DNA of 56,881 nt, counting the filler, from Sphacelaria rigidula (lineage: Eukaryota), in assembly GCA_964200075.2 (NCBI GenBank). It is 5 parts of 5 records of this genome, joined end to end, with 100 filler letters (N's around TTAATTAATTAA, not from the genome) between each part and the next. Parts side by side here need not be neighbours in the genome. Positions count along the whole stretch, not along the records: positions 34,192 to 45,486 come from CAXNAA020005103.1; positions 45,587 to 56,881 come from CAXNAA020005104.1; 3 more parts are not named here. One strand, written 5' to 3'. The notes beneath the pieces are model-generated. The model was not told the origin of the DNA, made no database searches, and saw nothing but the letters and a program-made list of their open reading frames with translations. The stretch's first letter is position 1; every line of letters begins with the position of its first letter. The position numbers were made by a program, and so were the translations under genes. Below, one piece after another: positions 36,051 to 48,597 of this stretch.

Positions 36051-37647
36051 GGAGCCGCCCCGCGGCCGGGCGAGCGCAGCGAGTCCGCTCGCTGTGCAAG
36101 CCCCACATGCTGCCCCCACCCCGACTGGTGAGCGGGGGCCGAGTGAGGCGCCGCCGGAGGCGAGAACATTGGGCTATTTAGCTTCATTTCCCATCAAAAT
36201 TGGCGTACTTAATTCAAGGCCTCCTACAGGCTGGTTCGAGTTTATCACCCAAAATTGTTTCCTCAGCAAGTGCTTTCACAATACCTACCCAATAGTCGCA
36301 TACATGATATCATACTGACCGCCATGGACAGCTGAAGAGTGTGACATAGCCGGATTTGTGTGTAAAAGCCATAGTGGTAGCGCTAAGGGCGAAAAGGTAT
36401 AACGACCGATTAGCGCCCGTCAAATTGTTCCGAGATCGAAATTACGAATTCCAGATCCAATTTTCACCCCATCTCCACATGCTTCAAATTTTAAACGCCA
36501 TCGGCTCGGGAATCTAACGCAGTACAGTTTCACCACTTGGGCGGGTGAAGATAGTTCTCGGAAAATTCACGGTATGGCAGCAGGTGATGATGAATATAAC
36601 TGTTCTTTTGGCCAACCGAGGCAGGTGATGATGATTACAATTATTCTTTTCACAAGAGGATCAAATCTGGAACCATAGACGTGAGCTGCCCGCCACCTCT
36701 GCTCTTGATGGACAGCCCCGGAAAAATTGCGCTGCTTTTCAGTAGCACCGAGCAAATACAGCTAGTACACACACCCTCTGTTTGTCTGTCAATCTGCCTG
36801 TCTCTCACTCTCTCTCTCTCTCGCTCACACACAGACACACATACACAACTTGTCTCTGGTGTTGTCTCTGTTGAATTTCCTGATGGAGCTGCTGTCCCGT
36901 TTTCATTAGCTGTATTTTGTAGAGTGGGGTCGGGTGACGCTCACACGATACTTTTGTCATCTCATGTCCATAGATCATCCTCAACGTGAGCCCTTCACGC
37001 TGAATCGCACGCAATTATACTGGTGATGCAATAAATCGGCGAAGCTTTCGCGACGACCTCTTTGCGGTGCAGTCAGTGCAGGGGGTGCTTGAAACGGACA
37101 GCTGCTTCCCTCCTGTATCATTTTAGTGCAAACCCCATAGTTCTGTACCCGCGGTTGAAATCCATATAGTCGAAAAAGTCACCGAATGGTTTCCGCAGCC
37201 CACATACCCGAATTACGAGACATAGGTTCACGATGGCCTCATAGGATGCAGTAACTAACCGTTGCAACGACGTCCGAAATATGTCGGCTCTCGTGGTTTT
37301 TGCGTCAGATTCTATTATTGCGTTTCATTTTGTCACTTTTGGAGAGAGGGCGCCCGCCGGGGGGGAGGGGTTAGGGAGTGGGATGTTGTTGGGGGGGGGT
37401 GGCGGGGGGGGTTCACGAATGTGCTACGTGATATCATCGTTATAAGTGGTAATGTCTGTTCGAACGCGCTTGGTTCCAATAAAACACAGTGCTTCATACT
37501 GGTCAACACTTTTCCGTCCTGAACAAAGCGAACCACGAGTGTTTTAGATCCCGTGACACACTTGGCTGTGAGGCTCGACGTCAAGGTATTGAAATAACCC
37601 CCTCAACTTTCGTAGCATCGGTCATTTTTTCATTTGCTGCACTTTCC

Positions 37648-37678
<31 letters not shown>

Positions 37679-37950
37679 TGTTCGTCGGATGCTTGGCCAC
37701 TGTCCACGTCGTGCCAACATTCCAGGCTGTGATGACTCAAACTCAGCCGTGCACAGGTGGTCAGGGAATATAAACCACGGTGATGGGCTCGGCTAGTCGT
37801 CAGCCTGTTGACGTCCGGGATTCATTCATACCCGCGATCGCCGAGCGACTGCAACTCAGAAAATGGAATGAAACACCCACGCTACGGAAATTTACGCGAA
37901 GGTGCGACGGCGAGACCTCAACCGGTACCAGAAAATAATGTTGTCCTGAG

Positions 37951-38950
37951 TTATTTTTTTGTCGTCGTTGATGGGAGCGAGGCTCCGACGGCCTCCCCGC
38001 CGAAGAAAGCGGCGTATTCGAAGAGTCCGGCACACTTTCGGAAAAACGGATGAGGTTGTCGAACGCGGGCGTTTGCAGGCGGTTTGATGTTGAAGGGAAG
38101 GTCGTAGCCTTCGACTATTCCCTCCTCACTTGCTCTTTCTCCATAATTAAAGCCGAATAGTGCGATCTGCAAGCACTGGACAGCGTGGAGGGGGATCCCG
38201 AACCCTGCCTCACCACGTAGAATACGCACTGCGGAAGTAATGACGGCGACAAACAGCAATCTTCAGCAAGAGAAAAAAAATCAAAGATGTAACGGAGAGG
38301 ATGCTTCTGAAAAGGAGGATATTACCTTATGTACATCGTGACGAAACAGGAATAGCACGCTCCATGGGAAACAGGGGAGGGGCGCGAATAAATCATTTCA
38401 ACTGTGAATTAACGAAAAAGAGGGGACAACGGCAGTAAATGTCCGCACCTGCTTCATCCTTCATGCGGTCATCGGCGGGTTGTTGTTCGGCAGCGATGAA
38501 GTCCACCTTGGCCTGCAGCAAAAAACACGAAAACGACAGAGGAGAGCGAAAAAGGCAGTTTCAAACGAGATCATCTTTCGAGAGAAAATAAATGTCCTTG
38601 GATTTTTGTGAGATGTTCCGCCTTCGTGGAAACCTCTTATACTGGACAGACCACGGGGCGCACCGCTTTCACGAAGAAAAGTGGCACGTGTGCCTCAACG
38701 GGAAGAGCTTTGACCCGAAATTTTGTACGTGCGCTCCCGATGTCAATGCGCTGGAAATGAATGCGGTCGTCTAAAAAATCGATATACGTACAGTACGCCC
38801 AGTTGTGACATATTCAGAATGTTGGTCACGATGTTGAACGGGTTCTGCTCTGCCGTTGATTGTTTTTTCTGTCGGATATCACTGCATGTTTGATTCTTGA
38901 TTATCTCAAACACTTCCGAATCTTCATCTTTTCGCACTCTCGAAAACTGC
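37951..38950 (-). CDS. Small spliced orphan ORF (exons 38770-38664, 38512-38449, 38228-37951, plus an upstream coding-like stretch)
   Basis: GT-AG introns of 151 and 220 bp join in frame: DRIHFQRIDIGSARTKFRVKALPVEAHVPLFFVKA|AKVDFIAAEQQPADDRMKDEA|VRILRGEAGFGIPLHAVQCLQIALFGF...; strong acceptor tttttgctgcag. Confidence 0.5.
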
Positions 38951-39373
38951 CTACCTGTGCCTCACTCTTTTCAGAGGGGCCCCATATCGGGAAATCCATG
39001 CACAACCGCTACCCGCGATCGAGAATGAGAAAAATGCCAAATCCATTTGGGAAAAACCTTATTCTTCCTATTTCTCGACTAGTACACGTAATTGAACGAT
39101 CATTTACATATCTACAGGTTCGCCTCAACGTGAGCAGCCCAAAACCGAGGAGTTTTGGTGTGTTCGTTGTTCTTGTGGCGATCGGGGAGCAATTTTGCCG
39201 GCTGGAAAATGACTTTTGAGTCGCGGTTATCACTGGATAATGAATGCCGAGTCCCGCTGGCTTTTGCAAGACTCGTTGTGACCGACCTGGCACTATCGCA
39301 GTGATACGGCCGCCATGCTAAGGAGAGCGGTGTACGATAAACAGTTCCGTACTGCCACTGTGTTGTGTTATGT

Positions 39374-39725
39374 TGTGTGTGTTGTCATCTCATCTATTCT
39401 GGGCGCCGATCTACACCTTTCGGTATATGTGGGCGCACCAGCCGGGGTCACACAGGAGGAAGGTCAACACATGAGCTTTTTCTTTTTTGTTTGTTTTTAG
39501 TACCCCACCGTCCTTCTGCGGAGCATGCCTTCATTTTTTATTGCGAGAGGGATTTACCAGTCTCTTTCCCTCGTCGACCGTTCGGTCGAATTTTGTGTAC
39601 CCACGACATAGTCGCACTCCACTGTTGGGCACTGTTTGAGAAAAAATCCCAGATCGCTCCGATAATTGAACCCACGACCCGACTGTCAGAAGGTTTCGAG
39701 GTTACCAACTGAGCCACCGGGGCGA
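39374..39725 (-). mobile_element. tRNA-headed SINE-like family A, full-length ~350 bp
   Basis: Minus strand TCGCCCCGGTGGCTCAGTTGG (A box)...GGGTTCAATT (B box), body, (CA)n tail. Confidence 0.8.
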
Positions 39726-40479
39726 TCGGCTCTACTGAATGACTGAAACGTGCACGCAGTAAGTTGACTGTGTGATGTTACCAGCCGACACGCAAATGTT
39801 CTGATATTATAGACGTGCACAATGTGTAAGTTGCAGAGAATCACGCACTTTGCCCGCGTTTGGGCAGACAGCCGTGTTCGTACAACGCCTATATCTACAT
39901 ATCGTAAGTCATACTGCACTGCGACACAAGAGAGGGAGAGGTTGCAAAGGGGAATGTTATGGCCGTGGTGTTGCTAAAAAGAATATCCAACATCGAGGTA
40001 GCGGCAGTCATGAAATGTATCTGCGGCACAGTTCCAGCGCTGGTACTCTCAGCGCTTTGATCTTCACTCCCTGCTTCTGCGGACATGTTCTTCTCTACGT
40101 GCTTGGACTTACCCCTACAGTACCACCTACCGTTTCGGTACACCCGGCGCAGGCCGACGTTACCGGCAAACACGTGCGGCGCAGTACAGCAACTACTATC
40201 GCCATCATCCGGCGATCAGGGGGGTACCTCTCCTCATAAAATCGGGTATCCCCCCCCTCCTCGAAAGGGATGCGTGGTCAATGGTCAAACGACTAAGGCA
40301 AGCAACAAATGAGTACTCGCCNNNNNCCCCCCCACCCCCCCTCCCCCCCCCAACCACAAACACACAACAACACACAACCAAGAGACCCCCCCCCCCCCCC
40401 CCCCCCCGTCCTCCAACCCCAGAATGAGGTTTGTGCGGCGAAAGAGGGGGTGGTGCATGGATTTCCCGATTAGGGGCCC

Positions 40480-41300
40480 CTCGCCTTTTCCATTACTTCA
40501 TTAATGTGTGCATCCCAAGAACAGTTTTTTGATATCTCTACACCAAGGCAGGTATACTGTTCTACGATCGGCAGTTGCTCTTCTCCCCACTTCCATTTTA
40601 ACTCTACCGGATTCTTCTCATCTTCGTTACTGACGCGTACCTCGCATTTGCTGATGTTTGCTGTCACTCCCTACTTCCTCATGTATTTTAGTGCCTCTTC
40701 TGTTTGTTTCTACAATCCTCCTGGTGTTTCTGGTACCTCCACGAAATCATCCGCGAATATCAATCCTGACACCATATCTACACCCACCTCGACTCGTTGC
40801 TTTGTTGCTTCTATTGCTATCATGTGGTCATGAATGAGTACCTTCAACAAAGAGAGGGATAACGTACATCCTTGTGCAACTCTTGTAAAATATCAAATTA
40901 TTTCGATATCCCCGTTCAGCACCAATGCAATTTTGGCACATTCTGCCATGTTCACCATTCTCCGCATCTTTTCTCTGATCCCAGTTTCCCACAACTTTTT
41001 CACAGCCCATTTCTCCATCCTGTGCCATAGCCTGTCGTACGTTCAGAAAGAAAAAGCCCGTCGTCTTTCCTACCTTGAATAATATTACCTGGTGTGTACT
41101 CATGGTCTACGCAACTACGGTTGGGTCTATAACCTGCTTGCCTCTCGCTGTTTTTTTCTTCTTCTAGCATCGTTCCTACTCTATCGTTCAGAACCTTACG
41201 GAATGTGTTCCTTACCGTGCTCACTAGCGTTATTTCTCTATAATTCCCTCGGTCAGCTATGTCTCCTTTTTTTTCAAAGGTTGAGTACTCTACCATGGGT
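40480..41300 (-). mobile_element. Non-LTR retrotransposon (LINE) reverse transcriptase fragment, degenerate
   Basis: KKGDIADRGNYREITLVS...ERQAGYRPNRSCVDH; GVAQGCTLSLSL-like region; GLIFADDFV; ANISKCEV; YTCLGVEI; frameshifted. Confidence 0.9.
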
Positions 41301-44300
41301 GGGGTCACACTGAGAAGATTACTAGCGGTTTTTCCTTGGAATCGCAGGCGTTACACAGACCCCCCACTTGTATGCATGCTCGTGGATCGGTATTTCCCAA
41401 ATTGTAGCGATTACAGCGTGAGAGACAATGGAAAGCGACTCACCAGCTAGTTGTTCACTTTTTCCACAGCATATTTTGCGCCCTCCGCCCTCCGCTCTCC
41501 ACAAAAACATGTGCGCGATCTGACTCCCGTCCGACGTGTACAACCCTCCCGCATCCGATGTCGCTGCAGACCCCCGTTCCAAAAGTTGGTTCGAACACTC
41601 TTCGCTGCCTCCGGTACGTACGATTAAAGGTGATTGGAGTTGCTTGAAGAGATCCACGAGCAATGTCTCGGTTGTGTAACTGGAAACAAGTACGTACGCC
41701 AGAGCAGTGACGTTGGGTTAGAGACAATGACAGGTACAAGCAGAGAGGTCGAAGCATCGCGAGGATTGACTACAGTCGAGCAAAGACGACCATGTTCGAG
41801 CTTTTTCTCGCGATGGGAAATTGAAGTGAACAGAGTCGGAATGCTTGGATCAATAAATAACGACACGCCTGTGCCCCCTCAAATGAAACGGTCGGCGACA
41901 CAGCATCGACCGCCAAGGAGCATAAAAAAATACAAGAGGGAAAAAAACGTGGTGAAGACATTTATTCGAGGCGATCCCGAACCGATATTTCACGTGTAGC
42001 GTTTCACACGACGCTTTAGGGGTTTTAGAGGCAAACGCAATTAAACACTTACTGTAGGCTAATTTGTGGGCGGAGATGACGAATCCCGCACTTGTTTTTA
42101 TTGTTGTCGTTTCAGTTATTGTGTCATGGATATGTCCCCATCGACGGCATTTTTTGCAATAAAAGATCAGGTCGAACCCAGACGGTCATGTTGAAGCTTT
42201 TATCGCAAAGAAATATTCAAGTCAAACCAAGCTGTCTTTTTGCCCCAACAACGTCGTAAACCATACTGCACCCCCTTCCCCCCTGCCTCCCCAAATCGGC
42301 GAAACGGAATCGAGTGGCGAGGAGCACAAAAAAATCGAAAAAATTATAAGCACGGTGAACGAATCAATTCAAAGCGATTCCGAACCGATTTTTTTAAACG
42401 TAAAACTTGTTGGACGGCATTTTAGGTTTTCTGGGCGAACCAAAAAGCGACTTGTGATGTTTATTTTTCAGCTGGAAAAGGCAAGCGGCCCTTAATCGCG
42501 GATGGCGCCTATAGCGTGGTACAAGCAGAGGGCGCGCATAATTGTACAGTGCTCTCGTAAAGTCACGAGTTCCATTCAGCCTTGACCCTGGAGCATCGGA
42601 TGTAGACATCATGGATTTATCCACCCTCCAGCCGCCGCAGCCACCGCAGCCGCCCCCGTTCCCGTGCCCACCCCCCCTACCGCCGCTGCCACTGCGCCCG
42701 CCCCCACTCCCGTCTCCGCCCATAACCCTCATTTACAGCCGCTCCCGCCGTCGCCATCCCCCGTTCTACCCCCCCCCCACCCCCCATAACCCCACGGTCA
42801 TACCCTTCTTCGGGTACTCTGGGGCAGTTGCACACACGACGCTTCGTAGGATGGAGTGATGCCTGGTCCAGCACCTTGCACCTTGCACATGGACATGACT
42901 ATTCGCCACCGCCTCCCCCTTCGCCGCCCTTCCTATCGCGACCGCCTCTGTCACCTCCGCCGATAAACCGTCTGATCGGCCGCACTCCCTCCATGCCTAC
43001 CCCCTCCTCCTCTCCGATACAAGAAGCCGTATGTCTGGTTCGATGTTTCGCCCTGACTCCGATGCAGTAATGCCGCGTGGAGTGCCCCTAACGACCAGTG
43101 CCGGTTCAGAACAACCAAACCCAATTGCGACCAATATGGTAGCCTGGCAGAAGACACAGGGTCGTATTGTACATTGTACAGAGCGTACTGCCGGACGATG
43201 AGCGCTATAGCCCGCGTGTTGAGTGTCGACCGGAAAAAAACGGGTCGAAGGCATCCCGTCTAGTTCCTCGGTAAAAAGCCCGCCTCCTCCTCGGAGAACG
43301 GAGTTTCCGTTGTCGCCGTAGTTTCCCGCCAGAACGGTATGATTTCCCGCCAGTACAGCATGGACTTCACTCACCTACACACCATAGCTGCCACCTATGC
43401 CCAACCTCTCTCGGGTACAAGCCCACAATTTTGCTGTGGTGTGATGATGCAGCCTTGGCATAGACTCTCGAGCTGTGTCGAACTGTGTCGCTCTACCCTC
43501 GGGCTACATCGTCCGCATGGCAATTGCAGCAGCGGGAGGTGTGCTGCGCAACTACTGCTGTAGTACTCGGAAGCGTGCACATGTAGCCAGACTACCGTAT
43601 GTATTAGGTGAGGTCTTCTTCTCCAAGCTGGTACACTGCACCGAGTTGGCACGTCGAGGCACAGCACGAATGCTGCACAATGCCATTTTATGTGTGTGTT
43701 TGTGCTTGAGGGTGCGTGTGTGTCATTGACTGATCGTGTGTGCGTCGAGTGTGTGTGCTGTGTGCTCGCTCTTGCTGAGAAGCGGCGCAATTAGTTGGTG
43801 ACGAACAGATGTCGCGAGAGGTATTGTTCCAAACATGAGGCTCTTGTGCGAAAATAACAATTACGATGATCAGCACCTGCACAAACCATAATTTTCTTCA
43901 GAACTTTCTTCACCCGCCCAAGTGGTGAACTAACCTCATCTAACGAAAACAAACAGATTTGAAAACGGTCACTACAGGGGTCAAATCATGCCCGGAACCG
44001 TGATGTTTCGGTGATGTCGAGGGTTGGCGTCGTCTAATTTCCATTTATGATACGCACGAAAGACCCGGGAAGCCTCGTGACGGTGCCCCCTACATCTGTT
44101 GTAGAAAAGCTCAGATCACCCTTAAACTTGGCAATTTGTAAATATTGTTGCTCCAAACAAAATAAAAATAAAATAAATTTAATTAATTAATTGGATGGAT
44201 GGGTGGATGGATAATGATATATTTTAATTAATTAATTAATTAAATATAAAGATTGTTTGAGGATGGATGATTGATTTTTTTTTTGAGCAAGGGAAAGACA

Positions 44301-44348
44301 ATATGGAAAAAGAAAATGTATTCTTGACAATAATTCATGGTTTCTCCG

Positions 44349-45190
44349 TTCTCTACCGCCTTCCGGGGGTCCCAGTATGAGGACCCCCGGAAGGCGGTAG
44401 AGAATGCCCTCAAAATAAAATGATGAAATGATGCGTCCCGGGGTAGTCCAAGGAACACATATACAATTTTTGGTGGAGAAACTCGAAAGCCTCATACAGT
44501 TTTTCTTGCCTTGACGTAAAATTCACCCCCAAAGACGTTTCCATACTAAAGCAAGTAGTTAGGAGTTGCATGTTTCAATCCTACGTCCTCCACAAACGCG
44601 CAAACCTTCACGCCGTTACCAGGAGTTAGATCCTGAAACTTTGCACAAATATGCTATGTATCATTACGCAACTTTCTATGGACGAGAGTGTTTTTACTTA
44701 TTGAGGTTGTCACCGTCTTTCGGGGGTCCGACGGGATCCGAGTCGTTTTTCGAAGTAGTCCCCATTCTGGGACCACGGAAAACCGGCGCTACGATTTTTT
44801 TTCATTTTTTCGTGAACGAGCTGTCGCTGCATAATCCAAGAAAAGGTCTCACAATATTTCGTTGCGAGATTCGATCAACTGATGCTTGAATTTCCATGTT
44901 CACGTCAAAGAAGGCCCAAAAACGCCGTTTGGGTACTAAAATCAAGTAGTTTGCGGTTTCACCGCCGCACGTCAAAATTCATCGCACAAGAGCGAAAAAC
45001 CTCACGCCGTTTTCAGGAGTTACACCCTGATAGTTTGCACAACTGTGCTATGGGTCATTACGCAACTCTGGATGAACGAGTTTTTTCGAGTTTTTTTGTT
45101 TTTTTACCGTTTTACGGGGGTCGGATTGGATCGATGTTTTCCGGGAAAAACAGGGACCCCCGAAAAACGGTGAAAAAGTCAACAGTCGAA
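44349..45190. repeat. Diverged ~390-bp tandem repeat preceded by a perfect 24-bp hairpin
   Basis: Stem 44349-72/44381-404; 44540-44800 aligns with 44930-45180 (TACTAAA..CAAGTAGTT, TCACGCCGTT, TCATTACGCAACT). Confidence 0.7.
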
Positions 45191-45299
45191 AAACCTCGAC
45201 TTTGGAAAGCTGTGTAATGCCTCACAGAACACCGGTGAGAAATTTCAGGGTCTAAGGCCAGATGCTATGGCACACGGATTTTTGGCCCATGGATTGTCG

Positions 45300-45440
45300 A
45301 CTTTTGGGACGTTTGAGCCACTTTTTGACCCCCAGACAAGGAAAATCGCCAACACGTCTAGGACGCTTTGCATCACCCCACAGAGGAGCCTAGCCCACTT
45401 TTCAGATTCGCTTGGCTCCAAGGTTTCGAGAGCAGCCGGT
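45300..45440 (+). repeat. Dispersed repeat, second copy at ~56690-56832
   Basis: Shared GGAAAATCGCCA...TCACCCCAC..GAGGAGCCTAGCCCACTTTTC. Confidence 0.75.
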
Positions 45441-45486
45441 GAGCAATAATCCGTGTGCAATAAAATCTACGGCGATTTCCACAAGA

Positions 45487-45586
45487 NNNNNNNNNNNNNN
45501 NNNNNNNNNNNNNNNNNNNNNNNNNNNNNNTTAATTAATTAANNNNNNNNNNNNNNNNNNNNNNNNNNNNNNNNNNNNNNNNNNNN
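45487..45586. other. Artificial contig spacer
   Basis: Same 100-bp linker. Confidence 0.97.
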
Positions 45587-46190
45587 GCATCCTGCTTAGA
45601 TTGTTCGGCCCGAAGCGTGCTGATCATCTTGCCTTTGGATGACGGCCTACAAAGTGTTGCTTTATTTTCTGGTATCGCCACTTCCAGAGACAGCCACGGC
45701 TTTTACACTGCCTCATGGGTGTGTGGGTGGGGGGGTGGGTACAGTATTACATTCCCGCGTGCGGAATTCTTCATGTTTCCATATGACAATCACCCCAAGA
45801 ATACGTGTATCATATCCGAAAGCATTGCTATTTGCACGGTGAAGGCCGAAACGATGGATACCACTCCCATATTCACGGTATAAATCATCCCCCAGGGATG
45901 ATTATTTCCTCGCCCCTTGTGCCACTATGCACCCGCCGCCCAAGCCCAAGTCGACCAACGTTATTCGTATGTTGGTACGCGTTATCTATCAAATGTTGGG
46001 ATCTTCACTGAGTTTTTTTCAAGAGTTTAATTCGAAAATCTCAAAAACATGGCATTGACGATAGCGAATGTGCCCTGTGCCATGGCGGCCCGCATACTCC
46101 AACCCCCACTATGTGCGGGGAGTTGTGGGTTGCGAGGACGTGGGCTATAATGGCACAGCGGCATGAGCACACATAAACAGGGCATAAAAC

Positions 46191-46879
46191 AAAGTGGGTC
46201 GGCCCACGCCCTTTTCAACCTAATAGGGGCAATGGCAAAACACAGAAACGGGCTCTGACCGTGTTCCTCTGATATGGATCTAAGTCCAGTCCTGACACGA
46301 AAGCAAGTCGAGCACGGCCGAGGCAGAGCACGGGAGTCGACTTTCACGAAGGTTTGGGCGCGCCTATGGGCCAAACAGTGCCGTGGGCAACGAGGGCTGC
46401 GTAGGAGGTGATATTTCGTCCGAGAACGGGGTGGGACAACCCACCGCCGTCTACTATTTATATCCCTTCCTCCCTCCCCCCCCTCTTTTTTCCGTTTTTC
46501 AACCCCATTTTTTTGCCGAAATATGTCCTCTGTTGACCACTCTCCTTCCCTCAAAAGTCATGTTCCACGCCACTGCACGGCAGAACATCACAGGACCTGG
46601 AACATCTCTGCCGCATCTTTCCGCGGTCTGGACAAACCCCCTGCACACAAACCAGACTCCATCGGGATGTTTAGCTGGTCGCTACTTCACGGAGCAGCAG
46701 CAATAAAGGCCGACAGTGATCTCTCACATATCATTGTCGTGCTCTGCCTCGGCCGTGCTCGACTTGTTTTCGTGTCAGGATTGGATTTAGATCCATATCA
46801 GAGGAACACGGTCAGAGCCCGTTCCTGTGTTTTGCCATCGCCCTTTTTAGCCTGAGAAGAGCGTGGGTCGACCCACTTT
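46191..46879. mobile_element. Foldback element with ~140-bp near-identical TIRs
   Basis: 46191-46332 vs 46738-46879, e.g. GGGCTCTGACCGTGTTCCTCTGATATGGATCTAA / TTAGATCCATATCAGAGGAACACGGTCAGAGCCC. Confidence 0.8.
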
Positions 46880-47241
46880 TGTCTTTTGTCCTAAAAAAAC
46901 ATCGTGTGGGCCGATTGGATTATGGGAAGGAATGCCATGGACAAAAAATCAGATTATTGAAAGAAATGGCCTAACGGTGACACGAGTTTCGGCAGCACAG
47001 TGGCCACCGAAGGTGTAACACTGACGGGGTGATATACGCCGCCAATAACCTACGCTGTATGTATTCATACACCCCGGTTGCGGTCGATACCCAAACGGGG
47101 GATCTTCATCTATCCACAATACACCCCCCGGCTTGAGCACGGCGAAACAAACCCTTTAGGGGGCTGTTTCCAAGTAAGGGAGCAAGTAGGGAGGCAAGCA
47201 CGCAAGCAAGCAGGCAGAAAAAACGCCCCGCCCCAGCCTAC

Positions 47242-48597
47242 CTCCGTTTGTTTCGCCCACATCGTCCTCCATCGTGGCAGCCCTCCCGCCGTACACACCA
47301 TTTGGCAGCAACACACGCGGCCGTCCGCCGTGCACACACCGAAGCGTGGGTTCTCTTGGCTCTCGAGGACACCCCACCCAGCTGCGCTTGCCCAATCCCG
47401 CACCCCCCCGCCGGAGATTGGCCCCCCGGACGACCCCCCCCCGCGCCTCCCGCTATTGCTAGCCCCGTGGGCGCTAAAGGTGTGCGAGAGAGGAGTGCCG
47501 GTACCGGGTGGGGTGGCCGACACGGAATGCTCGGTCGCCGAGCATTTGGGGCCGACGTGGGGTGCCAACCCGACCACCAACCCACTTCCTGCCCACCCGT
47601 GCAGCGAGAGCGGTATGTCCCCATACGGGTCGACGGGGACCCAGCACTCGTCGTCATCGTCATCATCGCACCTCTCGCAGCCGCCGCCGCGGCTGTTACC
47701 CCAGCCGTGCGCCGTTGTCGACTGCTCCGGCCCCAAGTCTTGCGCGTCCAGCCGGAGCGAAGCACTTTCCCTTTCCCCGTCTCTATTGTCGTCACCAGCA
47801 TGCTCAGACCAGTCTCCTGCCGCCAAGCTGTCCGCGCGCGCCCTGTCTTCGGTCAGCAGCGGGGAGAAAAAACGCGGCGTCTTGGAGGCGTGGTGGCTGG
47901 TGTCGCTAGATTGTTCCCCCCCACCCATGCCGCCAAGAACACCGGCGGAATCTGACGAGTCGAAGACAGTCGACGTGATCACCGCCGACGGCGGTCGCCC
48001 TGCGCCGCCAGCGCCGCCGCTAACCGCACCTGCCCCCGAGATAAGTTCGATCCGATCGCTCCCCGGCCGTCGGCGGCTTAGTCGCAAGACTTGTGCGGTT
48101 CCACTGTCCAGACCCACCACGGCATACACTCCCCCGACCGGCTTCTCTTCTTGTTTCGAGGCTGTCCCCCCGGCGGCATCACCACTGCCGCCGCCGCCGC
48201 CAGAAAAAATCGAGTCCTTGCTCGTGCTGCCGACCATACCGTGCGCGTCCGACGGACGAGGGTCGTCTACGGCGGGGGAAAACTTGCTACTCCTGCTGCT
48301 GTTGTCTGCGCTCCTGGCCGAGGTGTCCTCAACATGCGGGTGGGCCGCAGCGGGGCTCGCCGCGTTGGGTGTGTAGTTATTGCTGGCGTCGAGCGCGCTG
48401 GGCGAGTCCGGACAACAAATGAGGGAAAGACTCGTCGGGGCACCGCTCGCCCGCAATTCCAGTAACGTCCTCAGATGAGGACTCAACGGGGCGGTGGCCA
48501 GGGGCCGGGGGTCTCCCGTTTCCGCACCCGGAGCGTTTGGTGCTGACCATGCCTTCGTCTCTCCCGTGGTCGAGCTAACACCTACTGGAGCATGGTC
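47242..48597 (-). CDS. Large internal exon (452 codons) of a beta-propeller-like protein, possibly ITFG2-like
   Basis: cacacag| acceptor, gag|gtaggc donor, phase 0-0; strand-like motifs VYAVVGLDSGTAQVLRL and FGVCTADGRVCCC...WRTMWAKQ. Confidence 0.75.

Noticed and set aside
42610..43070. Proline-rich plus-strand gene
   Set aside because: Low-complexity and broken by stops, with no recognisable domain
37951..47242. Joining the 38-kb exons to the beta-propeller gene as its 3' end
   Set aside because: They lie on different contigs separated by an artificial spacer
47078..48376. 432-aa plus-strand ORF
   Set aside because: Antisense shadow of the GC-rich minus-strand exon
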